Source: Bacillota bacterium
Lineage (GTDB): Bacteria; Bacillota; Syntrophomonadia; Syntrophomonadales; DTU052
Assembly: GCA_029781825.1 (NCBI GenBank)
Contig: JAKOVY010000020.1
Span: 24,449-88,448, forward strand
Length of the DNA: 64,000 bases
Direction of reading: 5' to 3'
Below the pieces are notes generated by a model. The model was not told the DNA's origin. It did not search any database and was given only the letters and a program-made list of their open reading frames with translations. The first letter of the stretch is position 1. Each line of letters begins with the position of its first letter. Shown here piece after piece: positions 46,830-56,703 of this stretch. Made by a program: the position numbers and the translations under genes.

Positions 46830-47753
46830 ATGGTCATCAGGAAAAGCGGTCACATTAAAAACAAGCTGTATTATCTATTACGTCCGGAATTCCCGATCTT
46901 CCTTCTCGATCGTCCTGAACCGGTCGTATTCGATGCCGGATTAAGCAGTGCGGGAAAACTTTATGTTGAGGCCATAAAATCCGTACTCGGAGACCGGCAG
47001 CCATCCATACTGTTCCTTACGCATTCGCATTGGGACCACTGCGGCTCTGTATCCACGCTGAAAAAGGCCTTCCCGAACATGAAGGTCGCAGCATCCGCTC
47101 TGGTAGCTGAGGTAATCAAACGGCCCAATGCTCTGGCTTTAATTCGAAAGCTGAATGAAGAAGCCGCAGCCCAGATCCGTGCATTGGTTCCGGGTGTGGA
47201 TGATTTTCTGGTTAACGAGCCTTTCTCTCCATTTGAGGTTGATATTGAGCTTAAGGATCAGCAGGTATTTGACCTGGGAGACGGGACAACTGTGGTAGCG
47301 CTTGCAACTCCGGGGCACACCCAGGATCACCACAGCTTTTACCTGCCCAAGGAAAAAATCCTGATCGCGGGCGAAGCGGCCGGGGTATACTACGGTCCCA
47401 ACACCATTTCCCCTGAATTCGTGTCCGATTACGACGCATATCTGTCTTCTCTCGAGCGATTGGCTCGGCTCCCGGTTGAAGTGTACTGTCAGGGGCACTA
47501 TGCCTGCCTTACGGGCGAGGAAGAGATCAGCGATTATTTTAAGCGATCGATTCGCGAAACACTGCGATTCAAGGAACGGGTATTTGAACTGCTAGACGAG
47601 GAACAAGGCTCAATTGAGCGTGTCGTCAAGCGGGTCAAAGCTGAACAGTTTGACGGCAACAAAGAACTCGAGCAGCCGGAAGCAACCTACCTCTTAAATT
47701 TACAGGCCCGGGTGGCCAATCTGGCGGCAAAAAAGAAGCAGCAATCAGCCTGA
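46830..47753 (+). CDS. MBL-fold metallo-hydrolase
   Basis: 307 aa with RBS CAGGAGG and the motif LTHSHWDHCG. Confidence 0.8.
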   Translation: MVIRKSGHIKNKLYYLLRPEFPIFLLDRPEPVVFDAGLSSAGKLYVEAIKSVLGDRQPSILFLTHSHWDHCGSVSTLKKAFPNMKVAASALVAEVIKRPNALALIRKLNEEAAAQIRALVPGVDDFLVNEPFSPFEVDIELKDQQVFDLGDGTTVVALATPGHTQDHHSFYLPKEKILIAGEAAGVYYGPNTISPEFVSDYDAYLSSLERLARLPVEVYCQGHYACLTGEEEISDYFKRSIRETLRFKERVFELLDEEQGSIERVVKRVKAEQFDGNKELEQPEATYLLNLQARVANLAAKKKQQSA

Positions 47754-47953
47754 CTCAAACCGCCAACGAAACTCGTCCCCCTTTTCGGAGTTAAGGTCAA
47801 AAAAACATGGGTTTGGGTTCAAGACATGGGGCTGGTAAATCTTTCTGAAATTTTGTGTAGAAAGTAGCCGGTCTATTGATCATAAACATTAGGTAAGAAA
47901 AAATAAAACATTACCTCTTCATTCCCGGCGATAATTTTGCTATGATGTAAAAG

Positions 47954-48113
47954 TAGGTTTAGTAGGTTGCCCTTGGGGCGTAGGATGGTTATCCATATTT
48001 TTTAAAACGGGTAGGAAGGTTAGCATGGTAGGCATACGGTGCTGCACGTTTGCGCCCACTGCGGGTTGTGCGTGTGGTCGTGACTATGTTACCTCCTACG
48101 GAGGTTTTTTTTT
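47954..48113 (+). promoter_or_regulatory. UAG-rich 5' leader ending in hairpin plus U-run (candidate attenuator) upstream of the TRAP-type transporter operon
   Basis: Seven TAG triplets lie within 47954-48031. ACCTCC-tac-GGAGGT (48091-48105) is followed by TTTTTTTT (eight T, 48106-48113) then ATT, and the RBS GAGAGGAGG is 15 nt further on. Confidence 0.4.
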
Positions 48114-48144
48114 ATTGCCAAATTCGGAGAGGAGGACCAAATCT

Positions 48145-49227
48145 ATGAAGAGCAGGAGAGGTTTGAAGCAGCGCAGGTCAAGATTACCGCTGGTACTGGC
48201 GGTATACCTGCTCCTGGGTGCGATGCTGTTTGGGGTAACCGGGTGCGGTAATGCGCCGGCAAAGGATGCAGCAACAAAGCCGGTGGAACTGAAACTGGCA
48301 CATTTTTGGCCCAGCGGCCACCCCGTTGAAACCGAACTGGTTCAACCGTGGGCGGAGGAGATCGAAAAAGCCACTGACGGCCGGGTTAAGATAGTCAGTT
48401 ATCCTCAGGAAACGCTGGCCAAGGCCAATGACATATATGACGGTGTTGTTAATGGGATTTGCGACATAGGAATATCGTGTTTCGCCTATACCAGAGGTCG
48501 CTTTCCGGTCCTGGAAGTGTTTGAGCTGCCCGGGATCATCTACAACAATTCCAAGGTAGCGAGCCGGGTGGCCTGGGAAGGTATACAGGAATTGAATCCT
48601 GCGGAGATCCAGGATACCAAGCTGCTTATGGTTATTACCACCGGTCCCGGCGCCCTGTTCACGAAAACACCGGTCACCAAACTGTCTGACCTTAAGGGCA
48701 TGGAAATCCGAGCAACGGGGCTGAGCGCCAAGACCCTCGCAGCTCTGGGAGCCAGCCCGGTGGGTATGGCCCAATCGGAGGCCTATGAGTCCCTATCGAA
48801 GGGTGTGGTTAAGGGTAATCTGGGACCGGTGGAAGTCCTGCAGGGATGGAAACAGGCCGAGGTTACAAGATATATCACCAGAACCCCTTTCCTCTACAAC
48901 ACCCTGTTCTTTGTAACCATGAACAAAGAGGTATGGAACTCTCTAGGCCCTGAGGATCAGACGGCGATCGAGGAAATAAGCAGAAAGTATTTCGATGTGG
49001 CCAGCGGGCTCTGGGATAAACAGAATGAAGAGGCCATGAAGTATGCGATTGAGGAAGGTATGCAGGTTATTGACCTGAGCGATGCCGAGACCAAGCTGTG
49101 GATCGACCTGGTAACCCCGGTACAGCAAGAGTATATTGCTTCCATGACGAAGCTGGGTCTCGATGGTCAGGAAATAATCGATACCGTAAAGGCTCTGGCC
49201 GAGAAGTATAACGCTCAGTACAAATAG
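48145..49227 (+). CDS. TRAP-type transporter substrate-binding protein (DctP family), lipoprotein
   Basis: Start re-set to ATG 48145, after GGAGAGGAGG. Has signal peptide plus lipobox LFGVTGCGN. Gene order is DctP-DctQ-DctM. Confidence 0.85.
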   Translation: MKSRRGLKQRRSRLPLVLAVYLLLGAMLFGVTGCGNAPAKDAATKPVELKLAHFWPSGHPVETELVQPWAEEIEKATDGRVKIVSYPQETLAKANDIYDGVVNGICDIGISCFAYTRGRFPVLEVFELPGIIYNNSKVASRVAWEGIQELNPAEIQDTKLLMVITTGPGALFTKTPVTKLSDLKGMEIRATGLSAKTLAALGASPVGMAQSEAYESLSKGVVKGNLGPVEVLQGWKQAEVTRYITRTPFLYNTLFFVTMNKEVWNSLGPEDQTAIEEISRKYFDVASGLWDKQNEEAMKYAIEEGMQVIDLSDAETKLWIDLVTPVQQEYIASMTKLGLDGQEIIDTVKALAEKYNAQYK

Positions 49228-49246
49228 CAGATTGGGGGGATTTTTT

Positions 49247-49732
49247 GTGGTCCGGTTTAAACACGGGGTGGAGACCCTGAGCCGGTTGCTGGATTTTCTG
49301 GCCGCGGTAGCGGTGGTTTTGACCATGTCCGTTGTGGTGTTCAACATAATCATGCGCACCCTTTTCAAGCATCCCTTAACGGGGATTATGGATTACGTGA
49401 TGATCCTGACCGCGTTGACTATTGCCCTGGCGTTGGCTAATTGTGCAATTCGGAACGGGCATATTGCCATCGATCTGTTCATTGAAAAGCTGCCCATTAA
49501 GGTGGGGAGGCTGCTCGATACCATTACCAACCTTGCATCCTTTGTTTTCTGGGTGGTTGCAGCAGGCTTCATGTTCGAGTATGCCGCAACCATGCATGCG
49601 ACCGGTACGGTATTCCCTACCACCCAGATTCCCCTGGCACCGGTTTTGGGCATCATCGGAGCAGGACTGATGGCGCTGGCGATGGTTGTACTGTACAGAC
49701 TTTTGCATACGGTTAGGAAGCTGGTAGTATGA
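49247..49732 (+). CDS. TRAP-type transporter small permease (DctQ)
   Basis: Four-TM small subunit. GTG 49247 lies 6 nt after GGGGGGA (the ORF track used TTG 49232). Its stop overlaps the dctM start. Confidence 0.75.
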   Translation: MVRFKHGVETLSRLLDFLAAVAVVLTMSVVVFNIIMRTLFKHPLTGIMDYVMILTALTIALALANCAIRNGHIAIDLFIEKLPIKVGRLLDTITNLASFVFWVVAAGFMFEYAATMHATGTVFPTTQIPLAPVLGIIGAGLMALAMVVLYRLLHTVRKLVV

Positions 49733-51039
49733 GTCCTCTGGCCGTAGGTTTGATCGGAATACTGTTCTTCTTTTTGCTTATAATTCTGCGGATGCCCATA
49801 GCCTTCGCCATGGCTCTGGTAGGCTTTGTCGGGTTCAGTTACCTGACCTCAACCTCGGCAGCCATGACCATGGTGGTACGGGAGATTTACAGCAGTTTTT
49901 CCTCCTACAGCCTGAGCGTAATCGCCATGTTTTGTTGGATGGGTTTCCTGGCCTACTACTCCGGAATCGGAACCCGGCTGTATACCTTTGCGTATAAGCT
50001 GATTGGGCACTGGCGGGGAGGATTGGCGGTTGCCACCCAGTTTGCCTGTGGGGTATTCGGAGCCATATGCGGTTCCAATACGGCTACCGCCGCTACTATG
50101 GGAGCCATCGCCCTCCCGGAAATGAAGAAATACAATTATGATGACTCCCTGGCCACGGCCAGCGTCGCGGCTGGAGGTGTACTGGGGGTATTGATACCGC
50201 CCAGTGTAATATTCATCGTTTACGGAATGGCCACCGAGCAGTCAATCGGGAAACTGTTCATTGCCGGAATCCTGCCGGGGGTCCTGTTGATGCTGCTCTA
50301 CCAATTGACGATAGCCGTTCTTGCCCGTATCAAACCCGACCTTGCTCCGGCCGGTCCCAGGTTCGGCTGGAAAGAAAGACTGGACAGCTTGAGAGGCGGA
50401 TTGGGAGAGGTCCTGGTGGTATTCGCCATATCTATGGGCGGCCTCTTCGCCGGCTGGTTTACGGCCACAGAAGCGGGCGCGGTCGGAGCCGCCGGGGTCC
50501 TGCTGGTCGCTTTACTCGGGAGATCAATCGACTGGGATGGTTTTAAGAATTCCCTCTATGATACCACCAGAACTACGGCCATGATCATGCTCTTAATCGC
50601 GGGATCAGTCATTTTCGGCCGCTTTATGGCCGTGAGCAGAATACCTTTTGAGCTGGCTTCCTGGACAGCTTCGCTTGATCTGCCGGCCTTTATGGTAATG
50701 GCCGTTATCCTGTTCATCTACTTAATCCTGGGTTGCTTTATTGACGCTCTGGCCATGATACTCTTGACCATTCCCATCTTTTACCCCATAGCGGTTGATA
50801 CCCTGGGATACGATCCAATCTGGTTCGGGGTGATCATCGTACTGGTGGTGGCGATGGGGGTAATAACCCCGCCGGTCGGGATGAACATCTACATCCTGAA
50901 AGGAATCGTTCCGGAAATACCGCTGGAAACAATGTTCAAGGGCGTCTGGCCCTTTTTATTGGCGATTATAGTCTGTCTGGCACTTATCATGATATTTCCT
51001 CAGATCGCCCTGTTCTTGCCGAACCTGATTGCCGGGTGA
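49729..51039 (+). CDS. TRAP-type transporter large permease (DctM)
   Basis: 436-aa polytopic protein with typical DctM length and blocks. Confidence 0.9.
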   Translation: MSPLAVGLIGILFFFLLIILRMPIAFAMALVGFVGFSYLTSTSAAMTMVVREIYSSFSSYSLSVIAMFCWMGFLAYYSGIGTRLYTFAYKLIGHWRGGLAVATQFACGVFGAICGSNTATAATMGAIALPEMKKYNYDDSLATASVAAGGVLGVLIPPSVIFIVYGMATEQSIGKLFIAGILPGVLLMLLYQLTIAVLARIKPDLAPAGPRFGWKERLDSLRGGLGEVLVVFAISMGGLFAGWFTATEAGAVGAAGVLLVALLGRSIDWDGFKNSLYDTTRTTAMIMLLIAGSVIFGRFMAVSRIPFELASWTASLDLPAFMVMAVILFIYLILGCFIDALAMILLTIPIFYPIAVDTLGYDPIWFGVIIVLVVAMGVITPPVGMNIYILKGIVPEIPLETMFKGVWPFLLAIIVCLALIMIFPQIALFLPNLIAG

Positions 51040-51066
51040 TCCAACTAACCTTCCCCTTTATCTGCC

Positions 51067-51113
51067 ATAAAAAAGGCTGTCCCCCGTTCTTCCGGGATTT
51101 GGGACAGCCTTTG
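51067..51113. terminator. bidirectional terminator between convergent dctM and the CBS/ACT gene
   Basis: AAGGCTGTCCC (51073-51083) pairs with GGGACAGCCTT (51101-51111). An A-run precedes it (U-run on the minus strand) and TTGG follows it. Confidence 0.7.
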
Positions 51114-51138
51114 GAATTGTCTTTTGGGGAATAACAGC

Positions 51139-51807
51139 TTACCAGTCTGCACCTTCCTGTTTAATGATGACCGACTCCACCTCGAGGCCTCGTTCTTTCA
51201 GGGCGTCGACCACATCCTGGCAGTCCAGCTCCTCCAGACGGATGACCATCTTGTACATATCCTTCTTTTTATCGTAGAAAGCTACGAGGTTTACTATGTT
51301 TTTGCCCTTCTCGGCAATCATGGTGGTAATTTCGGCAACCGTACCCGGGCGGTCGACAGTATAGAAGTCGATCCGACTGTGGACCTTGGTAACTCCCAGG
51401 ACATCAATCAAGGCATCAAAGAGATCAGTTTCGGTTATAATGCCTACCAACTGGCCTTTTTCATCAATCACCGGCAGGCCGCTGACCTTGTTCTCACGCA
51501 TTATCCTGGCCGCGGTCTCAATATAGTTTTCGGGACTAATAGTGATTACCTTCTGGTTCTTGGGAAGGATATCCTTTATTTTGGTTTTCGCCAGGAGATA
51601 CTTGAGCTCGTGTTTGCTGAGGGTGGTAGCTGAAGACGGGCTGGCTTGATTCAAGTCTGCAATAGTCACAATGCCCACTACCTTACCATTATCAACTACC
51701 GGTAAGCGGCGTATATTATGGTTTTTCATCATGGACATCGCTTCATGGATACTGGTATCCAGTGTCACTGTATGGGGGTTTACCGACATCCGGTTCTTAA
51801 CTTTCAT
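51139..51807 (-). CDS. CBS-pair plus ACT domain protein (AcuB-like)
   Basis: Start re-set to ATG 51807, after AAGGAGGG. Two CBS motifs and a C-terminal ACT-like domain. Confidence 0.75.
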   Translation of the reverse strand: MKVKNRMSVNPHTVTLDTSIHEAMSMMKNHNIRRLPVVDNGKVVGIVTIADLNQASPSSATTLSKHELKYLLAKTKIKDILPKNQKVITISPENYIETAARIMRENKVSGLPVIDEKGQLVGIITETDLFDALIDVLGVTKVHSRIDFYTVDRPGTVAEITTMIAEKGKNIVNLVAFYDKKKDMYKMVIRLEELDCQDVVDALKERGLEVESVIIKQEGADW

Positions 51808-51846
51808 TGCTCCTGTCCCTCCTTTACAAACTAACACCGGCTGTAT

Positions 51847-52551
51847 TTAGCCGCCCAGGTAGGCTTTTTTGACCTCTTCGCTCTTCATAAGCTGCTCCGG
51901 AGAACCCTCCAGGACGATTCCTCCGGTCTCGACCACGTATGCTTTATGGGCGATGGACAATGCCATGTGCGCGTTCTGCTCTACGAGAAGAATCGTAGTT
52001 CCGCGGGAGTTGATGTCCTTGATTATCTCAAAAATCTCCCTCACCAGGAGCGGGGCCAGTCCCATAGACGGTTCGTCCATCAGCATGAGTTCCGGCCTGG
52101 CCATAAGAGCACGCCCTATCGCCAGCATCTGCTGCTCACCCCCGCTCAAAGTCCCGGCCAACTGTCTGCGCCGTTCCCTGAGGCGGGGAAAGCGTTCAAA
52201 AACAAGCTCCATATCCCGCTGCACTTCTTTTTTGTCCTTGCGCAGATACGCTCCCATCTCCAGGTTTTCCTGCACCGTCATCGGGGCAAAGACCCGCCGT
52301 CCTTCAGGAACCTGTGAAATCCCCATCCCCACGATTTTTTCAGGGGGCACCTTGGTTAAGTCCACACCTTTGTAGGTTATCGTTCCGCTAACCGGCCTCA
52401 GCAGGCCGGAGATGGTTTTGAGAGTGGTGGTTTTGCCGGCTCCGTTGGCTCCGATCAGGGTAACGATCTTGCCCTGCTCCACCTCCAGGGACAGTTTCTT
52501 CAGAGCATGTATGGCACCGTAATATACATCGATCTCCTTAACCTGAAGCAC
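51847..52551 (-). CDS. livF: branched-chain amino acid ABC transporter ATP-binding protein (LivF type)
   Basis: 234 aa with GANGAGKTT, LSGGEQQMLAIGRAL and LMDEPS. Confidence 0.9.
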   Translation of the reverse strand: MLQVKEIDVYYGAIHALKKLSLEVEQGKIVTLIGANGAGKTTTLKTISGLLRPVSGTITYKGVDLTKVPPEKIVGMGISQVPEGRRVFAPMTVQENLEMGAYLRKDKKEVQRDMELVFERFPRLRERRRQLAGTLSGGEQQMLAIGRALMARPELMLMDEPSMGLAPLLVREIFEIIKDINSRGTTILLVEQNAHMALSIAHKAYVVETGGIVLEGSPEQLMKSEEVKKAYLGG

Positions 52552-53334
52552 TCACACAACCTCCTCTCCCAAATAAGCCTCGATAACCTCCTTGTTGTTC
52601 CTGATTTCGTCGGGCAGGCCTTCGGCGATAATCTGCCCGTAATCCAGGACGTAAATGCGTTCACAGACTCCCATAACCAGGGACATATCGTGCTCAATCA
52701 GCAGTATGGTCAGGTCGAAGTCCTCTCTGATGGTTTGGATCAATTTCATGAGTTCCCTGGTTTCCTGGGGATTCATGCCCGCCGCCGGTTCATCAAGAAT
52801 CAGCAGCGTTGGTTTGGTGGCCATAGCCCGGGCGATCTCCAGGCGCCGCTGCTCACCATAAGGCAAGTTTTTGGCCAGTTCATGCTTCTTGTTATCCAGT
52901 TTAAAAATCTCCAGAAACCTCAATGCTTCCTGTTCGATGTGTTTTTCGCCTCTGAAAAAGCTTGGGGTTCTGAAAATCGTGCTCAGGAATCCATAGGGTA
53001 CATTCTTATGGGCGGCTATCTTTACATTGTCCAGGACTGTCAGGTCGTTAAACAGCCGTATATTTTGAAAAGTACGGGCGATACCACGGGCGCATATGGT
53101 GTGGGGCGCCAGGCCATTGATCTCCTTGCCGTTAAAAATGATACAGCCCGAATCCGGCTTATATACCCCGGTTATCAGGTTAAATACCGTAGTCTTGCCC
53201 GCACCGTTGGGACCGATAAGCCCGACCAGTTCTTTTTGTTTAAGATAAATATCAAAATCGAGTACTGCGCTCAAGCCCCCAAATGATTTGTTCAGTTTCT
53301 TGGTTTCCAACAGTATCATTTTCTTCCACCCCAA
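52552..53334 (-). CDS. livG: branched-chain amino acid ABC transporter ATP-binding protein (LivG type)
   Basis: 260 aa with GPNGAGKTT and LPYGEQRRLEIARA. An alternative start is at 53319. Confidence 0.9.
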   Translation of the reverse strand: MGWKKMILLETKKLNKSFGGLSAVLDFDIYLKQKELVGLIGPNGAGKTTVFNLITGVYKPDSGCIIFNGKEINGLAPHTICARGIARTFQNIRLFNDLTVLDNVKIAAHKNVPYGFLSTIFRTPSFFRGEKHIEQEALRFLEIFKLDNKKHELAKNLPYGEQRRLEIARAMATKPTLLILDEPAAGMNPQETRELMKLIQTIREDFDLTILLIEHDMSLVMGVCERIYVLDYGQIIAEGLPDEIRNNKEVIEAYLGEEVV

Positions 53335-54275
53335 ATCCTGTTAAGCGTCTCTCTGCTGAACTCTTTGTTGCCCATCAAGCCCTGGGGGCGGTAGATCATC
53401 ACTATAATCAGGATCAACGCATACAGGATCATTCTTATTGCCGGGAACGACTGCAGTGCTGCCGTCAATACCGTAATGAAGATAGCGGCGATGATAGCCC
53501 CGGTGGTGCTGCCCAGGCCGCCCAAAACAACCATAACCAGAATGTCAAACGATTTCAGGAAGTTGAAGGTCTCCGGTTTTATTATATAGAAAAAGTGTGC
53601 ATACAGAGCCCCGGCCAGTCCGGCAAACGTAGCTCCGATCACAAATGCCAGTACCTTGTACTTGGTGGTATTAACCCCCATTAATTCGGCCGCTACCTCA
53701 TCCTCACGAACAGACACAATCGCGCGGCCGTAACTGGAGTTAATCAGGTTCACTACCACCAGAATGGTGACGATCATGGACCAGTAGAGCAAAGGCCAGG
53801 TGGTAAGCTTGCTTATCCCGACTATGCCGGCCGGTCCGTTCACATAATCAATATTCATCAAGACCACCCGTATGATTTCACCAAAAGCCAGGGTGGCAAT
53901 CGCCAGGTAGTCTCCTCTCAGCCTCAGGGTTGGCACTCCAATGATAAATCCGGCTACCGCAGCCGCTGCACAGGCAATAATAATACCGACCGCAAACGGC
54001 TGCCCCAGGAACTGGGTCATTATTACTGACGAATATGCACCCACGGCCATGAAGCCCGCATGTCCCAGGGACAACTGCCCGGTAAAGCCGTTTATCAGGT
54101 TCAAGCTCACCGCCAGGATAATATTAATACACATGGAGGTCAGGTTGATCTGGAAATACATATTAAGCAACCCGGCAGTTATCGCATACTGAATAGCGGT
54201 GAACAAAGCCACCAGTACAAGTACTTCTCCACCGAACCGGATCAATTTGTGCTTTGATTCCTGCATTTTGCTCAC
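53316..54275 (-). CDS. livM: branched-chain amino acid ABC transporter permease (LivM type)
   Basis: 319-aa polytopic protein in the liv gene order. Confidence 0.85.
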   Translation of the reverse strand: MSKMQESKHKLIRFGGEVLVLVALFTAIQYAITAGLLNMYFQINLTSMCINIILAVSLNLINGFTGQLSLGHAGFMAVGAYSSVIMTQFLGQPFAVGIIIACAAAAVAGFIIGVPTLRLRGDYLAIATLAFGEIIRVVLMNIDYVNGPAGIVGISKLTTWPLLYWSMIVTILVVVNLINSSYGRAIVSVREDEVAAELMGVNTTKYKVLAFVIGATFAGLAGALYAHFFYIIKPETFNFLKSFDILVMVVLGGLGSTTGAIIAAIFITVLTAALQSFPAIRMILYALILIIVMIYRPQGLMGNKEFSRETLNRIWGGRK

Positions 54276-55157
54276 CTACACTTTTTCGCCGGTATCCTTG
54301 CCGAAAAGGCCTGTGGGCTTTATCAAGAGGATGAGAACAAGTACGCCGAAAGCCACCGCATCACGGTAGAGACTGCTGCCGTATCCGCTGACAAAAGTCT
54401 CCAGGATGCCCATAACAAATCCTCCCACCATGGCTCCCGGTATAACTCCTATTCCTCCCAGCACGGCTGCAACAAAGGCCTTTAAGCCTGGAATGATTCC
54501 CATCAAGGGGTTGATTGTATTGTAATAAACACCTACCATAACCCCCGCGGCTGCCGCCAGAGCCGAACCGATGGCGAAGGTTATGGAGATGGTTTTATCC
54601 ACACTTATACCCATCAAGACCGCTGCTTCACGGTCAACCGACACCGCACGCATGGCCTTCCCAGTCTTGGTCATCTTAATGATGTACTGGAGTATGAGCA
54701 TCAGGACCACGGCGGATACGATAATAAAGATGTCTTTGTTGGTAATAAGCAAGCCCATTAAATCATACTCTTTATGCGGAAAAGCTGAGTGGGGAAATAC
54801 CTTTTGCTGAGGTCCGATCAAAAATATTGTCATGTACTCCAGAAAGAGTGACATACCAATGGCCGTTATCAGCGCAGCTATACGGGTAGATTTGCGCAGG
54901 GGACGATAGGCAATCTTCTCAATAAGGACTCCCAGAACCGCACAGGCTAACATGGCAAATAACATGGCCATCACAATGTTGGTACCCAAAAGAGTGATGG
55001 AATAAAAGCCCACGAAGGCACCAACCATCATTATGTCGCCATGAGCAAAGTTTATCAGCATTATGATTCCATAAACCATGGTATAGCCCAGGGCAATCAA
55101 TGCATATATGGCCCCCAGAGACAACCCGTTCACCAATTGTTGCATAAATTCGAGCAT
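54276..55157 (-). CDS. livH: branched-chain amino acid ABC transporter permease (LivH type)
   Basis: Start re-set to ATG 55157 (MLEFMQQLVNGLSLGAIYALIALGYTMVYG). Confidence 0.85.
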   Translation of the reverse strand: MLEFMQQLVNGLSLGAIYALIALGYTMVYGIIMLINFAHGDIMMVGAFVGFYSITLLGTNIVMAMLFAMLACAVLGVLIEKIAYRPLRKSTRIAALITAIGMSLFLEYMTIFLIGPQQKVFPHSAFPHKEYDLMGLLITNKDIFIIVSAVVLMLILQYIIKMTKTGKAMRAVSVDREAAVLMGISVDKTISITFAIGSALAAAAGVMVGVYYNTINPLMGIIPGLKAFVAAVLGGIGVIPGAMVGGFVMGILETFVSGYGSSLYRDAVAFGVLVLILLIKPTGLFGKDTGEKV

Positions 55158-55225
55158 GATGGCCACTTCCCCTTTGTAAACGGTAAATGGCAACTGGGGA
55201 ATGGCTCCCCAGTTGCCATCTCTTG

Positions 55226-56407
55226 CTATTTAGGTTGGATGCGGGTATTCATTACCTGCTTACCGTCTTTGAACTCTATTATTACACCTGCTTTAACCGG
55301 GTTGTGCTGTTCATCAATGGTCATCTTACCGGTTATTCCTTCAAAGTCCTTAATATTGGCCAGAGCTTCGGTTATTTTTGCCGGATCTGTGCTGTTGGCA
55401 TCTTTAATAGCCTGTACCAGCAGCTGTACGGCATCGTAACCGAGAGCGGCAAACGCGTCGGGTTCCTTGTTGTACTTTGCCTTGTAGGCTTCTACGAAGG
55501 CAACGATCTTGGGATCGGTATCCTGGGAAGAATAGTGATTGGTAAAGTAAGTATTGTTGAGATTCGGAGCGGTGGCCACTGATACCATGTCGGGAGAATC
55601 CCATCCGTCTCCACCACCGATCGGAGCGGTAATCCCAAGCTCACGAGCCTGCTTGATCAGGGGAGCTACTTCCTGATAATAACCGGGCACATAAATGAAA
55701 TCCGGGTTCTTGCTTCTGATCCTGGTTAGGGCTGCTTTAAAGTCGCGGTCATCCTTGACGAAACCTTCTTCGGCTACAATGGTGCCGCCTTTTTCTTCAA
55801 AGGTCTTCCTGAAGTATTCAGCCAAACCCTTACCATAGTCGGTAGAGGCGTCCTTGTAAATGGCTGCCGTCTTTGCTCCCAGATTGTCCGCTGCAAACTC
55901 AGCCATCAGGGTACCCTGGAAGGGGTCAATGAAGCATACCCTGAATATGGATTTCAAGGTTTCCCCGGTTTTCTCATCCACGGTTACGTTGGGAGCGGTA
56001 GCAGCCGGTGCAATGAGCGGAATGCCGTTATCCATCATGACCGGTGTACTGCCCTGCACATTGCCGCTGGTTAGCGGACCGATCTGGGCAACGATGCCTT
56101 CATCAACCAGAGCCGCACTAACACTCATGGCTTCATCGGCCAGGGATTTGCAGTCTCTTACGATCGGGTTGAGCTGTTTCCCCAGCACCCCGCCAGCCGC
56201 GTTGATCTCTTCGATAGCCAGCATTGCACCATCCCGGCAGTTGGTCCCGTAGCTGGCAACACCGCCAGACAACTCAACATTGAGACCTACATTGATCTTG
56301 TCCCCTTCACCGGTCTTCTGGGTTCCTCCCCCACAACCTGCGGCAATACCAAGGACGAAGACCATAAGCACCAAAACCGACAGCTTCTTCAAAACACCCT
56401 TTCTCAT
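55226..56407 (-). CDS. ABC transporter substrate-binding lipoprotein (LivJ/LivK family)
   Basis: Start re-set to ATG 56407, after AAGGAGGA. Has signal plus lipobox GIAAGCGG. Periplasmic-binding-protein type I fold. Confidence 0.85.
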   Translation of the reverse strand: MRKGVLKKLSVLVLMVFVLGIAAGCGGGTQKTGEGDKINVGLNVELSGGVASYGTNCRDGAMLAIEEINAAGGVLGKQLNPIVRDCKSLADEAMSVSAALVDEGIVAQIGPLTSGNVQGSTPVMMDNGIPLIAPAATAPNVTVDEKTGETLKSIFRVCFIDPFQGTLMAEFAADNLGAKTAAIYKDASTDYGKGLAEYFRKTFEEKGGTIVAEEGFVKDDRDFKAALTRIRSKNPDFIYVPGYYQEVAPLIKQARELGITAPIGGGDGWDSPDMVSVATAPNLNNTYFTNHYSSQDTDPKIVAFVEAYKAKYNKEPDAFAALGYDAVQLLVQAIKDANSTDPAKITEALANIKDFEGITGKMTIDEQHNPVKAGVIIEFKDGKQVMNTRIQPK

Positions 56408-56703
56408 CCTTGTCCTCCTTTTTTTTAAATTTGATCTACACATCGTGGTGATGTGTAAACTCCCTTGATCATTGAGCTCAGTTCCAAACCTGAACCCGAG
56501 CAGCATGCATCTTTTTTATTATACATCAGCCCCGCCCATGTATCACGATGGTTTCATTAAAAAATTTGAGGTTTTCCGTAAAAATTCTTCCGGCCAATCA
56601 AGACGGGTTTGAATCCCTGTCGACTGAAGATACAAACGGTGTGAAAACTGACATTGTGCATGCCAATCACATTCGTTAATTAGGGCCCGTACTCCTGCTA
56701 TCT

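Noticed and set aside
47954-48031. Interpreting the UAG clusters as a canonical TRAP (MtrB) site or a canonical HutP site.
   Set aside because: MtrB sites have 9-11 (G/U)AG repeats with 2-3-nt spacers, and B. subtilis HutP sites have UAG triplets with 4-nt spacers. Here the spacers are 0, 3, 5, 6 and longer. The enrichment is real, but the binding protein cannot be assigned from spacing.
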